A program made the position numbers and the translations under genes. A stretch of 64,000 bases of DNA from NCBI GenBank assembly GCA_964057225.1, contig OZ059895.1, positions 21,824,001-21,888,000 on the forward strand, read 5' to 3'. This document shows positions 10,201 to 26,100 of the stretch, in pieces. Origin of the DNA: Auanema rhodensis (Eukaryota; Animalia; Nematoda). How positions within the stretch are numbered: the first letter of the stretch is position 1; every line of letters begins with the position of its first letter. Under the pieces are notes generated by a model that worked only from the letters and a program-made list of their open reading frames with translations, searched no databases and was not told the DNA's origin.

Positions 10201-13200
10201 CTTATATCCTCGATTTTCACCCTGAAGAATTAATTTTTTCGTTGAATAACATTGTCCATCGTCTTTGCCTTAAAAAAAAAAATCTGAAAACATCTACTTT
10301 TTGCTAAATTATTTTGAAATTTTTCGAAAAAATTTTTGTCAAAATGTTTTTGGAAGCAATGTTGAGTGTACATGGAAACTCAACATACACTAACGCATCA
10401 TTTTACAAACGATCATAACTAATTTTTGTATTAAGCGTTTCTCAATGTAGTACAGTGCATTCGATGCGGATTTTTAAGCTGCGTCGATCTGTGTTATCAG
10501 ATTTGCGCTAGCTTAAAAATGCACCGAGATATCAACTGATATAAGTTCACACTTACATCCTCGATTTTCACCCTGAAGAATTAATTTTTTCGTTGAATAA
10601 CATTGTCCATCGTCTTTGCCGTGAAAAAAGGAATCTAAAAACATCTACTTTTTGCTAAATTATTTTGAAATTTTTCGAAAAAATTTTTGTCAAAATGTTT
10701 TTGGAAGCAATGTTGAGTGTACATGGAAACTCAACATACACTAATGCATCATTTTTCAAACGATCATAACTAATTTTTGTATTGAGCGTTTCTCAATGTC
10801 GAATAGTGCATTCGATGCGGATATTCAAGCTGCATCGATCTGTGTTATCAGATTTGCGCTAGCTTAAAAATGCACCGAGATATCAACTGATATAAGTTCA
10901 CACTTATATCCTCGATTTTCACCCTGAAGAATTAATTTTTTCGTTGAATAACAATGTCCATCGTCTTTGCCTTAAAAAAAGGTATCTAAAAACATCTACT
11001 TTTTGCTAAATTATTTTGAAATTTTTCGAAAAAATTTTTGTCAAAATGTTTTTGGAAGCAATGTTGAGTGTACATGGAAACTCAACATACACTAATGCAT
11101 CATTTTTCAAACGATCATAACTAATTTTTGTATTGAGCGTTTCTCAATGTAGTATAGTGCATTCGATGCGGATTTTTAAGCTGCGTCGATCTGTGTTATC
11201 AGATTTGCGCTAGCTTAAAAATGCACCGAGATATCAACTGATATAAGTTCACACTTATATCCTCGATTTTCACCCTGAAGAATTAATTTTTTCGTTGAAT
11301 AACATTGTCCATCGTCTTTGCCTTGAAAAAAGAAATCTAAAAACATCTACTTTTTGCTAAATTATTTTGAAATTTTTCGAAAAAATTTTTGTCAAAATGT
11401 TTTTGGAAGCAATGTTGAGTGTACATGGAAACTCAACATACACTAATGCATCATTTTTCAAACGATCATAACTAATTTTTGTATTGAGCGTTTTCCATTG
11501 TAGTATAGTGCATTCGATGCGGATTTTTGAGCTGCGTCGATCTGTGTTATCAGATTTGCGCTAGCTTAAAAATGCACCGAGATATCAACTGATATAAGTT
11601 CACACTTATATCCTCGATTTTCACCCTGAAGAATTAATTTTTTCGTTGAATAACAATGTCCATCGTCTTTGCCTTGAAAAAAGGAATCTAAAAACATCTA
11701 CTTTTTGCTAAATTATTTTGAAATTTTTCGAAAAAATTTTTGTCAAAATGTTTTTGGAAGCAATGTTGAGTGTACATGGAAACTCAACATACACTAACGC
11801 ATCATTTTTCAAACGATCATAACTAATTTTTGTATTAAGCGTTTCTCAATGTAGTACAGTGCATTCGATGCGGATTTTTAAGCTGCGTCGATCTGTGTTA
11901 TCAGATTTGCGCTAGCTTAAAAATGCACCGAGATATCAATTGATATAAGTTCACACTTATATCCTCGATTTTCACCCTGAAGAATTAATTTTTTCGTTGA
12001 ATAACAATGTCCATCGTCTTTGCCTTGAAAAAAGGAATCTGAAAACATCTACTTTTTGCTAAATTATTTTGAAATTTTTCGAAAAAATTTTTGTCAAAAT
12101 GTTTTTGGAAGCAATGTTGAGTGTACATGGAAACTCAACATACACTAACGCATCATTTTTCAAACGATCATAACTAATTTTTGTATTAAGCGTTTCTCAA
12201 TGTAGTACAGTGCATTCGATGCGGATTTTTAAGCTGCGTCGATCTGTGTTATCAGATTTGCGCTAGCTTAAAAATGCACCGAGATATCAACTGATATAAG
12301 TTCACACTTACATCCTCGATTTTCACCCTGAAGAATTAATTTTTTCGTTGAATAACAATGTCCATCGTCTTTGCCTTGAAAAAAGGAATCTAAAAACATC
12401 TACTTTTTGCTGAATTATTTTGAAATTTTTCGAAAAAATTTTTGTCAAAATGTTTTTGGAAGCAATGTTGAGTGTACATGGAAACTCAACATACACTAAC
12501 GCATCATTTTTCAAACGATCATAACTAATTTTTGTATTAAGCGTTTCTCAATGTAGTACAGTGCATTCGATGCGGATTTTTAAGCTGCGTCGATCTGTGT
12601 TATCAGATTTGCGCTAGCTTAAAAATGCACCGAGATATCAACTGATATAAGTTCACACTTACATCCTCGATTTTCACCCTGAAGAATTAATTTTTTCGTT
12701 GAATAACATTGTCCATCGTCTTCGCCTTGAAAAAAGGAATCTAAAAACATCTACTTTTGCTAAATTATTTTGAAATTTTTCGAAAAAATTTTTGTCAAAA
12801 TGTTTTTGGAAGCATTGTTGAGTGTACATGGAAACTCAACATACACTAATGCATCATTTTTCAAACGATCATAACTAATTTTTGTATTGAGCGTTTCTCA
12901 TTGTAGTATAGTGCATTCGATGCGGATTTTTGAGCTGCGTCGATCTGTGTTATCAGATTTGCGCTAGCTTAAAAATGCACCGAGATATCAACTGATATAA
13001 GTTCACACTTATATCCTCGATTTTCACCCTGAAGAATTAATTTCTTCGTTGAATAACAATGTCCATCGTCTTTGCCTTGAAAAAAGGAATCTAAAAACAT
13101 CTACTTTTTGCTAAATTATTTTGAAATTTTTCGAAAAAATTTTTGTCAAAATGTTTTTGGAAGCAATGTTGAGTGTACATGGAAACTCAACATACACTAA

Positions 13201-13910
13201 TGCATCATTTTTCAAACGATCATAACTAATTTTTGTATTGAGCGTTTTTCATTGTAGTATAGTGCATTCGATGCGGATTTTTGAGCTGCGTCGATCTGTG
13301 TTATCAGATTTGCGCTAGCTTAAAAATGCACCGAGATATCAACTGATATAAGTTCACACTTATATCCTCGATTTTCACCCTGAAGAATTAATTTTTTCGT
13401 TGAATAACAATGTCCATCGTCTTTGCCTTGAAAAAAGGAATCTAAAAACATCTACTTTTTGCTAAATTATTTTGAAATTTTTCGAAAAAATTTTTGTCAA
13501 AATGTTTTTGGAAGCAATGTTGAGTGTACATGGAAACTCAACATACACTAACGCATCATTTTTCAAACGATCATAACTAATTTTTGTATTAAGCGTTTCT
13601 CAATGTAGTATAGTGCATTCGATGCGGATTTTTAAGCTGCGTCGATCTGTGTTATCAGATTTGCGCTAGCTTAAAAATGCACCGAGATATCAACTGATAT
13701 AAGTTCACACTTATATCCTCGATTTTCACCCTGAAGAATTAATTTTTTCGTTGAATAACATTGTCCATCGTCTTTGCCTTAAAAAAAAAAATCTGAAAAC
13801 ATCTACTTTTTGCTAAATTATTTTGAAATTTTTCGAAAAAATTTTTGTCAAAATGTTTTTGGAAGCAATGTTGAGTGTACATGGAAACTCAACATACACT
13901 AATGCATCAT
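7240..13910. repeat. 9-monomer (3159-bp) block duplication; the second copy carries one extra monomer
   Basis: Offsets of 3159: TTTTACAAA 7246/10405, TATCAATTG 8781/11940, GCTGAATT 9253/12412, and the identical ORF-track entries 9164/12323. The offset becomes 3509 (10 x 351 - 1) for ATTTCTTCG 9535/13044. Confidence 0.9.
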
Positions 13911-16900
13911 TTTTCAAACGATCATAACTAATTTTTGTATTAAGCGTTTCTCAATGTAGTATAGTGCATTCGATGCGGATTTTTAAGCTGCGTCGATCTG
14001 TGTTATCAGATTTGCGCTAGCTTAAAAATGCACCGAGATATCAACTGATATAAGTTCACACTTACATCCTCGATTTTCACCCTGAAGAATTAATTTTTTC
14101 GTTGAATAACATTGTCCATCGTCTTTGCCTTAAAAAAAGGAATCTAAAAACATCTACTTTTTGCTAAATTATTTTGAAATTTTTCGAAAAAATTTTTGTC
14201 AAAATGTTTTTGGAAGCAATGTTGAGTGTACATGGAAACTCAACATACACTAATGCATCATTTTTCAAACGATCATAACTAATTTTTGTATTGAGCGTTT
14301 CTCATTGTAGTATAGTGCATTCGATGCGGATTTTTGAGCTGCGTCGATCTGTGTTATCAGATTTGCGCTAGCTTAAAAATGCACCGAGATATCAACTGAT
14401 ATAAGTTCACACTTATATCCTCGATTTTCACCCTGAAGAATTAATTTTTTCGTTGAATAACAATGTCCATCGTCTTTGCCTTGAAAAAAGAAATCTAAAA
14501 ACATCTACTTTTTGCTAAATTATTCTGAAATTTTTCGAAAAAATTTTTGTCAAAATGTTTTTGGAAGCAATGTTGAGTGTACATGGAAACTCAACATACA
14601 CTAACGCATCATTTTACAAACGATCATAACTAATTTTTGTATTAAGCGTTTCTCAATGTAGTACAGTGCATTCGATGCGGATTTTTAAGCTGCGTCGATC
14701 TGTGTTATCAGATTTGCGCTAGCTTAAAAATGCACCGAGATATCAACTGATATAAGTTCACACTTACATCCTCGATTTTCACCCTGAAGAATTAATTTTT
14801 TCGTTGAATAACATTGTCCATCGTCTTTGCCGTGAAAAAAGGAATCTAAAAACATCTACTTTTTGCTAAATTATTTTGAAATTTTTCGAAAAAATTTTTG
14901 TCAAAATGTTTTTGGAAGCAATGTTGAGTGTACATGGAAACTCAACATACACTAATGCATCATTTTTCAAACGATCATAACTAATTTTTGTATTGAGCGT
15001 TTCTCAATGTCGAATAGTGCATTCGATGCGGATATTCAAGCTGCATCGATCTGTGTTATCAGATTTGCGCTAGCTTAAAAATGCACCGAGATATCAACTG
15101 ATATAAGTTCACACTTATATCCTCGATTTTCACCCTGAAGAATTAATTTTTTCGTTGAATAACAATGTCCATCGTCTTTGCCTTAAAAAAAGGTATCTAA
15201 AAACATCTACTTTTTGCTAAATTATTTTGAAATTTTTCGAAAAAATTTTTGTCAAAATGTTTTTGGAAGCAATGTTGAGTGTACATGGAAACTCAACATA
15301 CACTAATGCATCATTTTTCAAACGATCATAACTAATTTTTGTATTGAGCGTTTCTCAATGTAGTATAGTGCATTCGATGCGGATTTTTAAGCTGCGTCGA
15401 TCTGTGTTATCAGATTTGCGCTAGCTTAAAAATGCACCGAGATATCAACTGATATAAGTTCACACTTACATCCTCGATTTTCACCCTGAAGAATTAATTT
15501 TTTCGTTGAATAACAATGTCCATCGTCTTTGCCTTGAAAAAAGGAATCTAAAAACATCTACTTTTTGCTAAATTATTCTGAAATTTTTCGAAAAAATTTT
15601 TGTCAAAATGTTTTTGGAAGCAATGTTGAGTGTACATGGAAACTCAACATACACTAACGCATCATTTTACAAACGATCATAACTAATTTTTGTATTAAGC
15701 GTTTCTCAATGTAGTACAGTGCATTCGATGCGGATTTTTAAGCTGCGTCGATCTGTGTTATCAGATTTGCGCTAGCTTAAAAATGCACCGAGATATCAAC
15801 TGATATAAGTTCACACTTACATCCTCGATTTTCACCCTGAAGAATTAATTTTTTCGTTGAATAACATTGTCCATCGTCTTTGCCGTGAAAAAAGGAATCT
15901 AAAAACATCTACTTTTTGCTAAATTATTTTGAAATTTTTCGAAAAAATTTTTGTCAAAATGTTTTTGGAAGCAATGTTGAGTGTACATGGAAACTCAACA
16001 TACACTAATGCATCATTTTTCAAACGATCATAACTAATTTTTGTATTGAGCGTTTCTCAATGTCGAATAGTGCATTCGATGCGGATATTCAAGCTGCATC
16101 GATCTGTGTTATCAGATTTGCGCTAGCTTAAAAATGCACCGAGATATCAACTGATATAAGTTCACACTTATATCCTCGATTTTCACCCTGAAGAATTAAT
16201 TTTTTCGTTGAATAACAATGTCCATCGTCTTTGCCTTGAAAAAAGGAATCTAAAAACATCTACTTTTTGCTAAATTATTTTGAAATTTTTCGAAAAAATT
16301 TTTGTCAAAATGTTTTTGGAAGCAATGTTGAGTGTACATGGAAACTCAACATACACTAACGCATCATTTTTCAAACGATCATAACTAATTTTTGTATTAA
16401 GCGTTTCTCAATGTAGTACAGTGCATTCGATGCGGATTTTTAAGCTGCGTCGATCTGTGTTATCAGATTTGCGCTAGCTTAAAAATGCACCGAGATATCA
16501 ATTGATATAAGTTCACACTTATATCCTCGATTTTCACCCTGAAGAATTAATTTTTTCGTTGAATAACAATGTCCATCGTCTTTGCCTTGAAAAAAGGAAT
16601 CTGAAAACATCTACTTTTTGCTAAATTATTTTGAAATTTTTCGAAAAAATTTTTGTCAAAATGTTTTTGGAAGCAATGTTGAGTGTACATGGAAACTCAA
16701 CATACACTAACGCATCATTTTTCAAACGATCATAACTAATTTTTGTATTAAGCGTTTCTCAATGTAGTACAGTGCATTCGATGCGGATTTTTAAGCTGCG
16801 TCGATCTGTGTTATCAGATTTGCGCTAGCTTAAAAATGCACCGAGATATCAACTGATATAAGTTCACACTTACATCCTCGATTTTCACCCTGAAGAATTA

Positions 16901-19900
16901 ATTTTTTCGTTGAATAACAATGTCCATCGTCTTTGCCTTGAAAAAAGGAATCTAAAAACATCTACTTTTTGCTAAATTATTTTGAAATTTTTCGAAAAAA
17001 TTTTTGTCAAAATGTTTTTGGAAGCAATGTTGAGTGTACATGGAAACTCAACATACACTAACGCATCATTTTTCAAACGATCATAACTAATTTTTGTATT
17101 AAGCGTTTCTCAATGTAGTACAGTGCATTCGATGCGGATTTTTAAGCTGCGTCGATCTGTGTTATCAGATTTGCGCTAGCTTAAAAATGCACCGAGATAT
17201 CAACTGATATAAGTTCACACTTACATCCTCGATTTTCACCCTGAAGAATTAATTTTTTCGTTGAATAACATTGTCCATCGTCTTCGCCTTGAAAAAAGGA
17301 ATCTAAAAACATCTACTTTTGCTAAATTATTTTGAAATTTTTCGAAAAAATTTTTGTCAAAATGTTTTTGGAAGCAATGTTGAGTGTACATGGAAACTCA
17401 ACATACACTAATGCATCATTTTTCAAACGATCATAACTAATTTTTGTATTGAGCGTTTCTCATTGTAGTATAGTGCATTCGATGCGGATTTTTGAGCTGC
17501 GTCGATCTGTGTTATCAGATTTGCGCTAGCTTAAAAATGCACCGAGATATCAACTGATATAAGTTCACACTTATATCCTCGATTTTCACCCTGAAGAATT
17601 AATTTTTTCGTTGAATAACAATGTCCATCGTCTTTGCCTTGAAAAAAGGAATCTAAAAACATCTACTTTTTGCTAAATTATTTTGAAATTTTTCGAAAAA
17701 ATTTTTGTCAAAATGTTTTTGGAAGCAATGTTGAGTGTACATGGAAACTCAACATACACTAATGCATCATTTTTCAAACGATCATAACTAATTTTTGTAT
17801 TGAGCGTTTCTCATTGTAGTATAGTGCATTCGATGCGGATTTTTGAGCTGCGTCGATCTGTGTTATCAGATTTGCGCTAGCTTAAAAATGCACCGAGATA
17901 TCAACTGATATAAGTTCACACTTATATCCTCGATTTTCACCCTGAAGAATTAATTTTTTCGTTGAATAACAATGTCCATCGTCTTTGCCTTGAAAAAAGG
18001 AATCTAAAAACATCTACTTTTTGCTAAATTATTTTGAAATTTTTCGAAAAAATTTTTGTCAAAATGTTTTTGGAAGCAATGTTGAGTGTACATGGAAACT
18101 CAACATACACTAACGCATCATTTTTCAAACGATCATAACTAATTTTTGTATTAAGCGTTTCTCAATGTAGTATAGTGCAATCGATGCGGATTTTTAAGCT
18201 GCGTCGATCTGTGTTATCAGATTTGCGCTAGCTTAAAAATGCACCGAGATATCAACTGATATAAGTTCACACTTATATCCTCGATTTTCACCCTGAAGAA
18301 TTAATTTTTTCGTTGAATAACATTGTCCATCGTCTTTGCCTTAAAAAAAAATCTGAAAACATCTACTTTTTGCTAAATTATTTTGAAATTTTTCGAAAAA
18401 ATTTTTGTCAAAATGTTTTTGGAAGCAATGTTGAGTGTACATGGAAACTCAACATACACTAATGCATCATTTTTCAAACGATCATAACTAATTTTTGTAT
18501 TAAGCGTTTCTCAATGTAGTATAGTGCATTCGATGCGGATTTTTAAGCTGCGTCGATCTGTGTTATCAGATTTGCGCTAGCTTAAAAATGCACCGAGATA
18601 TCAACTGATATAAGTTCACACTTATATCCTCGATTTTCACCCTGAAGAATTAATTTTTTCGTTGAATAACATTGTCCATCGTCTTTGCCTTAAAAAAAAA
18701 TCTGAAAACATCTACTTTTTGCTAAATTATTTTGAAATTTTTCGAAAAAATTTTTGTCAAAATGTTTTTGGAAGCAATGTTGAGTGTACATGGAAACTCA
18801 ACATACACTAATGCATCATTTTTCAAACGATCATAACTAATTTTTGTATTAAGCGTTTCTCAATGTAGTATAGTGCATTCGATGCGGATTTTTAAGCTGC
18901 GTCGATCTGTGTTATCAGATTTGCGCTAGCTTAAAAATGCACCGAGATATCAACTGATATAAGTTCACACTTACATCCTCGATTTTCACCCTGAAGAATT
19001 AATTTTTTCGTTGAATAACATTGTCCATCGTCTTTGCCTTGAAAAAAGGAATCTAAAAACATCTACTTTTTGCTAAATTATTTTGAAATTTTTCGAAAAA
19101 ATTTTTGTCAAAATGTTTTTGGAAGCAATGTTGAGTGTACATGGAAACTCAACATACACTAATGCATCATTTTTCAAACGATCATAACTAATTTTTGTAT
19201 TGAGCGTTTCTCATTGTAGTATAGTGCATTCGATGCGGATTTTTGAGCTGCGTCGATCTGTGTTATCAGATTTGCGCTAGCTTAAAAATGCACCGAGATA
19301 TCAACTGATATAAGTTCACACTTATATCCTCGATTTTCACCCTGAAGAATTAATTTTTTCGTTGAATAACAATGTCCATCGTCTTTGCCTTGAAAAAAGG
19401 AATCTAAAAACATCTACTTTTTGCTAAATTATTCTGAAATTTTTCGAAAAAATTTTTGTCAAAATGTTTTTGGAAGCAATGTTGAGTGTACATGGAAACT
19501 CAACATACACTAACGCATCATTTTTCAAACGATCATAACTAATTTTTGTATTAAGCGTTTCTCAATGTAGTATAGTGCATTCGATGCGGATTTTTAAGCT
19601 GCGTCGATCTGTGTTATCAGATTTGCGCTAGCTTAAAAATGCACCGAGATATCAACTGATATAAGTTCACACTTACATCCTCGATTTTCACCCTGAAGAA
19701 TTAATTTTTTCGTTGAATAACATTGTCCATCGTCTTCGCCTTGAAAAAAGGAATCTAAAAACATCTACTTTTTGCTAAATTATTTTGAGATTTTTCGAAA
19801 AAATTTTTGTCAAAATGTTTTTGGAAGCAATGTTGAGTGTACATGGAAACTCAACATACACTAATGCATCATTTTTCAAACGCTCATAACTAATTTTTGT

Positions 19901-22900
19901 ATTGAGCGTTTCTCATTGTAGTATAGTGCATTCGATGCGGATTTTTGAGCTGCGTCGATCTGTGTTATCAGATTTGCGCTAGCTTAAAAATGCACCGAGA
20001 TATCAACTGATATAAGTTCACACTTATATCCTCGATTTTCACCCTGAAGAATTAATTTTTTCGTTGAATAACAATGTCCATCGTCTTTGCCTTGAAAAAA
20101 GGAATCTAAAAACATCTACTTTTTGCTAAATTATTTTGAAATTTTTCGAAAAAATTTTTGTCAAAATGTTTTTGGAAGCAATGTTGAGTGTACATGGAAA
20201 CTCAACATACACTAACGCATCATTTTTCAAACGATCATAACTAATTTTTGTATTAAGCGTTTCTCAATGTAGTATAGTGCATTCGATGCGGATTTTTAAG
20301 CTGCGTCGATCTGTGTTATCAGATTTGCGCTAGCTTAAAAATGCACCGAGATATCAACTGATATAAGTTCACACTTATATCCTCGATTTTCACCCTGAAG
20401 AATTAATTTTTTCGTTGAATAACATTGTCCATCGTCTTTGCCTTAAAAAAAAAAATCTGAAAACATCTACTTTTTGCTAAATTATTTTGAAATTTTTCGA
20501 AAAAATTTTTGTCAAAATGTTTTTGGAAGCAATGTTGAGTGTACATGGAAACTCAACATACACTAATGCATCATTTTTCAAACGATCATAACTAATTTTT
20601 GTATTAAGCGTTTCTCAATGTAGTATAGTGCATTCGATGCGGATTTTTAAGCTGCGTCGATCTGTGTTATCAGATTTGCGCTAGCTTAAAAATGCACCGA
20701 GATATCAACTGATATAAGTTCACACTTACATCCTCGATTTTCACCCTGAAGAATTAATTGTTTCGTTGAATAACATTGTCCATCGTCTTTGCCTTGAAAA
20801 AAGGAATCTAAAAACATCTACTTTTTGCTAAATTATTTTGAAATTTTTCGAAAAAATTTTTGTCAAAATGTTTTTGGAAGCAATGTTGAGTGTACATGGA
20901 AACTCAACATACACTAATGCATCATTTTTCAAACGATCATAACTAATTTTTGTATTGAGCGTTTCTCATTGTAGTATAGTGCATTCGATGCGGATTTTTG
21001 AGCTGCGTCGATCTGTGTTATCAGATTTGCGCTAGCTTAAAAATGCACCGAGATATCAACTGATATAAGTTCACACTTATATCCTCGATTTTCACCCTGA
21101 AGAATTAATTTTTTCGTTGAATAACATTGTCCATCGTCTTTGCCTTGAAAAAAAAAATCTGAAAACATCTACTTTTTGCTAAATTATTTTGAAATTTTTC
21201 GAAAAAATTTTTGTCAAAATGTTTTTGGAAGCAATGTTGAGTGTACATGGAAACTCAACATACACTAATGCATCATTTTTCAAACGATCATAACTAATTT
21301 TTGTATTAAGCGTTTCTCAATGTAGTATAGTGCATTCGATGCAGATTTTTAAGCTGCGTCGATCTGTGTTATCAGATTTGCGCTAGCTTAAAAATGCACC
21401 GAGATATCAACTGATATAAGTTCACACTTATATCCTCGATTTTCACCCTGAAGAATTAATTTTTTCGTTGAATAACATTGTCCATCGTCTTTGCCTTGAA
21501 AAAAGGAATCTAAAAACATCTACTTTTTGCTAAATTATTTTGAAATTTTTCGAAAAAATTTTTGTCAAAATGTTTTTGGAAGCAATGTTGAGTGTACATG
21601 GAAACTCAACATACACTAATGCATCATTTTTCAAACGATCATAACTAATTTTTGTATTGAGCGTTTCTCATTGTAGTATAGTGCATTCGATGCGGATTTT
21701 TGAGCTGCGTCGATCTGTGTTATCAGATTTGCGCTAGCTTAAAAATGCACCGAGATATCAACTGATATAAGTTCACACTTATATCCTCGATTTTCACCCT
21801 GAAGAATTAATTTTTTCGTTGAATAACAATGTCCATCGTCTTTGCCTTGAAAAAAGGAATCTAAAAACATCTACTTTTTGCTAAATTATTTTGAAATTTT
21901 TCGAAAAAATTTTTGTCAAAATGTTTTTGGAAGCAATGTTGAGTGTACATGGAAACTCAACATACACTAACGCATCATTTTTCAAACGATCATAACTAAT
22001 TTTTGTATTAAGCGTTTCTCAATGTAGTATAGTGCATTCGATGCGGATTTTTAAGCTGCGTCGATCTGTGTTATCAGATTTGCGCTAGCTTAAAAATGCA
22101 CCGAGATATCAACTGATATAAGTTCACACTTACATCTTCGATTTTCACCCTGAAGAATTAATTTTTTCGTTGAATAACAATGTCCATCGTCTTTGCCTTG
22201 AAAAAAGGAATCTAAAAACATCTACTTTTTGCTAAATTATTTTGAAATTTTTCGAAAAAATTTTTGTCAAAATGTTTTTGGAAGCAATGTTGAGTGTACA
22301 TGGAAACTCAACATACACTAATGCATCATTTTTCAAACGATCATAACTAATTTTTGTATTAAGCGTTTCTCAATGTAGTATAGTGCATTCGATGCAGATT
22401 TTTAAGCTGCGTCGATCTGTGTTATCAGATTTGCGCTAGCTTAAAAATGCACCGAGATATCAACTGATATAAGTTCACACTTATATCCTCGATTTTCACC
22501 CTGAAGAATTAATTTTTTCGTTGAATAACATTGTCCATCGTCTTTGCCTTGAAAAAAGGAATCTAAAAACATCTACTTTTTGCTAAATTATTTTGAAATT
22601 TTTCGAAAAAATTTTTGTCAAAATGTTTTTGGAAGCAATGTTGAGTGTACATGGAAACTCAACATACACTAATGCATCATTTTTCAAACGATCATAACTA
22701 ATTTTTGTATTGAGCGTTTCTCATTGTAGTATAGTGCATTCGATGCGGATTTTTGAGCTGCGTCGATCTGTGTTATCAGATTTGCGCTAGCTTAAAAATG
22801 CACCGAGATATCAACTGATATAAGTTCACACTTATATCCTCGATTTTCACCCTGAAGAATTAATTTTTTCGTTGAATAACAATGTCCATCGTCTTTGCCT

Positions 22901-23159
22901 TGAAAAAAGGAATCTAAAAACATCTACTTTTTGCTAAATTATTTTGAAATTTTTCGAAAAAATTTTTGTCAAAATGTTTTTGGAAGCAATGTTGAGTGTA
23001 CATGGAAACTCAACATACACTAACGCATCATTTTTCAAACGATCATAACTAATTTTTGTATTAAGCGTTTCTCAATGTAGTATAGTGCATTCGATGCGGA
23101 TTTTTAAGCTGCGTCGATCTGTGTTATCAGATTTGCGCTAGCTTAAAAATGCACCGAGA

Positions 23160-26100
23160 TATCAACTGATATAAGTTCACACTTACATCTTCGATTTTCA
23201 CCCTGAAGAATTAATTTTTTCGTTGAATAACAATGTCCATCGTCTTTGCCTTGAAAAAAGGAATCTAAAAACATCTACTTTTTGCTAAATTATTTTGAAA
23301 TTTTTCGAAAAAATTTTTGTCAAAATGTTTTTGGAAGCAATGTTGAGTGTACATGGAAACTCAACATACACTAACGCATCATTTTTCAAACGATCATAAC
23401 TAATTTTTGTATTAAGCGTTTCTCAATGTAGTATAGTGCATTCGATGCGGATTTTTAAGCTGCGTCGATCTGTGTTATCAGATTTGCGCTAGCTTAAAAA
23501 TGCACCGAGATATCAACTGATATAAGTTCACACTTATATCCTCGATTTTCACCCTGAAGAATTAATTTTTTCGTTGAATAACATTGTCCATCGTCTTTGC
23601 CTTGAAAAAAGGAATCTAAAAACATCTACTTTTTGCTAAATTATTTTGAAATTTTTCGAAAAAATTTTTGTCAAAATGTTTTTGGAAGCAATGTTGAGTG
23701 TACATGGAAACTCAACATACACTAACGCATCATTTTTCAAACGATCATAACTAATTTTTGTATTAAGCGTTTCTCAATGTAGTATAGTGCATTCGATGCG
23801 GATTTTTAAGCTGCGTCGATCTGTGTTATCAGATTTGCGCTAGCTTAAAAATGCACCGAGATATCAACTGATATAAGTTCACACTTACATCTTCGATTTT
23901 CACCCTGAAGAATTAATTTTTTCGTTGAATAACAATGTCCATCGTCTTTGCCTTGAAAAAAGGAATCTAAAAACATCTACTTTTTGCTAAATTATTTTGA
24001 AATTTTTCGAAAAAATTTTTGTCAAAATGTTTTTGGAAGCAATGTTGAGTGTACATGGAAACTCAACATACACTAACGCATCATTTTTCAAACGATCATA
24101 ACTAATTTTTGTATTGAGCGTTTCTCATTGTAGTATAGTGCATTCGATGCGGATTTTTGAGCTGCGTCGATCTGTGTTATCAGATTTGCGCTAGCTTAAA
24201 AATGCACCGAGATATCAACTGATATAAGTTCACACTTATATCCTCGATTTTCACCCTGAAGAATTAATTTTTTCGTTGAATAACAATGTCCATCGTCTTT
24301 GCCTTGAAAAAAGGAATCTAAAAACATCTACTTTTTGCTAAATTATTTTGAAATTTTTCGAAAAAATTTTTGTCAAAATGTTTTTGGAAGCAATGTTGAG
24401 TGTACATGGAAACTCAACATACACTAACGCATCATTTTTCAAACGATCATAACTAATTTTTGTATTAAGCGTTTCTCAATGTAGTATAGTGCATTCGATG
24501 CGGATTTTTAAGCTGCGTCGATCTGTGTTATCAGATTTGCGCTAGCTTAAAAATGCACCGAGATATCAACTGATATAAGTTCACACTTACATCTTCGATT
24601 TTCACCCTGAAGAATTAATTTTTTCGTTGAATAACAATGTCCATCGTCTTTGCCTTGAAAAAAGGAATCTAAAAACATCTACTTTTTGCTAAATTATTTT
24701 GAAATTTTTCGAAAAAATTTTTGTCAAAATGTTTTTGGAAGCAATGTTGAGTGTACATGGAAACTCAACATACACTAACGCATCATTTTTCAAACGATCA
24801 TAACTAATTTTTGTATTAAGCGTTTCTCAATGTAGTATAGTGCATTCGATGCGGATTTTTAAGCTGCGTCGATCTGTGTTATCAGATTTGCGCTAGCTTA
24901 AAAATGCACCGAGATATCAACTGATATAAGTTCACACTTATATCCTCGATTTTCACCCTGAAGAATTAATTTTTTCGTTGAATAACATTGTCCATCGTCT
25001 TTGCCTTGAAAAAAGGAATCTAAAAACATCTACTTTTTGCTAAATTATTTTGAAATTTTTCGAAAAAATTTTTGTCAAAATGTTTTTGGAAGCAATGTTG
25101 AGTGTACATGGAAACTCAACATACACTAACGCATCATTTTTCAAACGATCATAACTAATTTTTGTATTAAGCGTTTCTCAATGTAGTATAGTGCATTCGA
25201 TGCGGATTTTTAAGCTGCGTCGATCTGTGTTATCAGATTTGCGCTAGCTTAAAAATGCACCGAGATATCAACTGATATAAGTTCACACTTACATCTTCGA
25301 TTTTCACCCTGAAGAATTAATTTTTTCGTTGAATAACAATGTCCATCGTCTTTGCCTTGAAAAAAGGAATCTAAAAACATCTACTTTTTGCTAAATTATT
25401 TTGAAATTTTTCGAAAAAATTTTTGTCAAAATGTTTTTGGAAGCAATGTTGAGTGTACATGGAAACTCAACATACACTAACGCATCATTTTTCAAAGGAT
25501 CATAACTAATTTTTGTATTAAGCGTTTCTCAATGTAGTATAGTGCATTCGATGCGGATTTTTAAGCTGCGTCGATCTGTGTTATCAGATTTGCGCTAGCT
25601 TAAAAATGCACCGAGATATCAACTGATATAAGTTCACACTTATATCCTCGATTTTCACCCTGAAGAATTAATTTTTTCGTTGAATAACATTGTCCATCGT
25701 CTTTGCCTTAAAAAAAAAAATCTGAAAACATCTACTTTTTGCTAAATTATTTTGAAATTTTTCGAAAAAATTTTTGTCAAAATGTTTTTGGAAGCAATGT
25801 TGAGTGTACATGGAAACTCAACATACACTAACGCATCATTTTTCAAACGATCATAACTAATTTTTGTATTAAGCGTTTCTCAATGTAGTATAGTGCATTC
25901 GATGCGGATTTTTAAGCTGCGTCGATCTGTGTTATCAGATTTGCGCTAGCTTAAAAATGCACCGAGATATCAACTGATATAAGTTCACACTTACATCTTC
26001 GATTTTCACCCTGAAGAATTAATTTTTTCGTTGAATAACAATGTCCATCGTCTTTGCCTTGAAAAAAGGAATCTAAAAACATCTACTTTTTGCTAAATTA

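Noticed and set aside
9164-12514. Two identical - strand 63-aa ORFs (9164-9355, 12323-12514)
   Set aside because: They depend on the private m128G variant that removes a minus-strand stop and are identical only because of the 3159-bp duplication. Useful as an HOR marker, not a gene.
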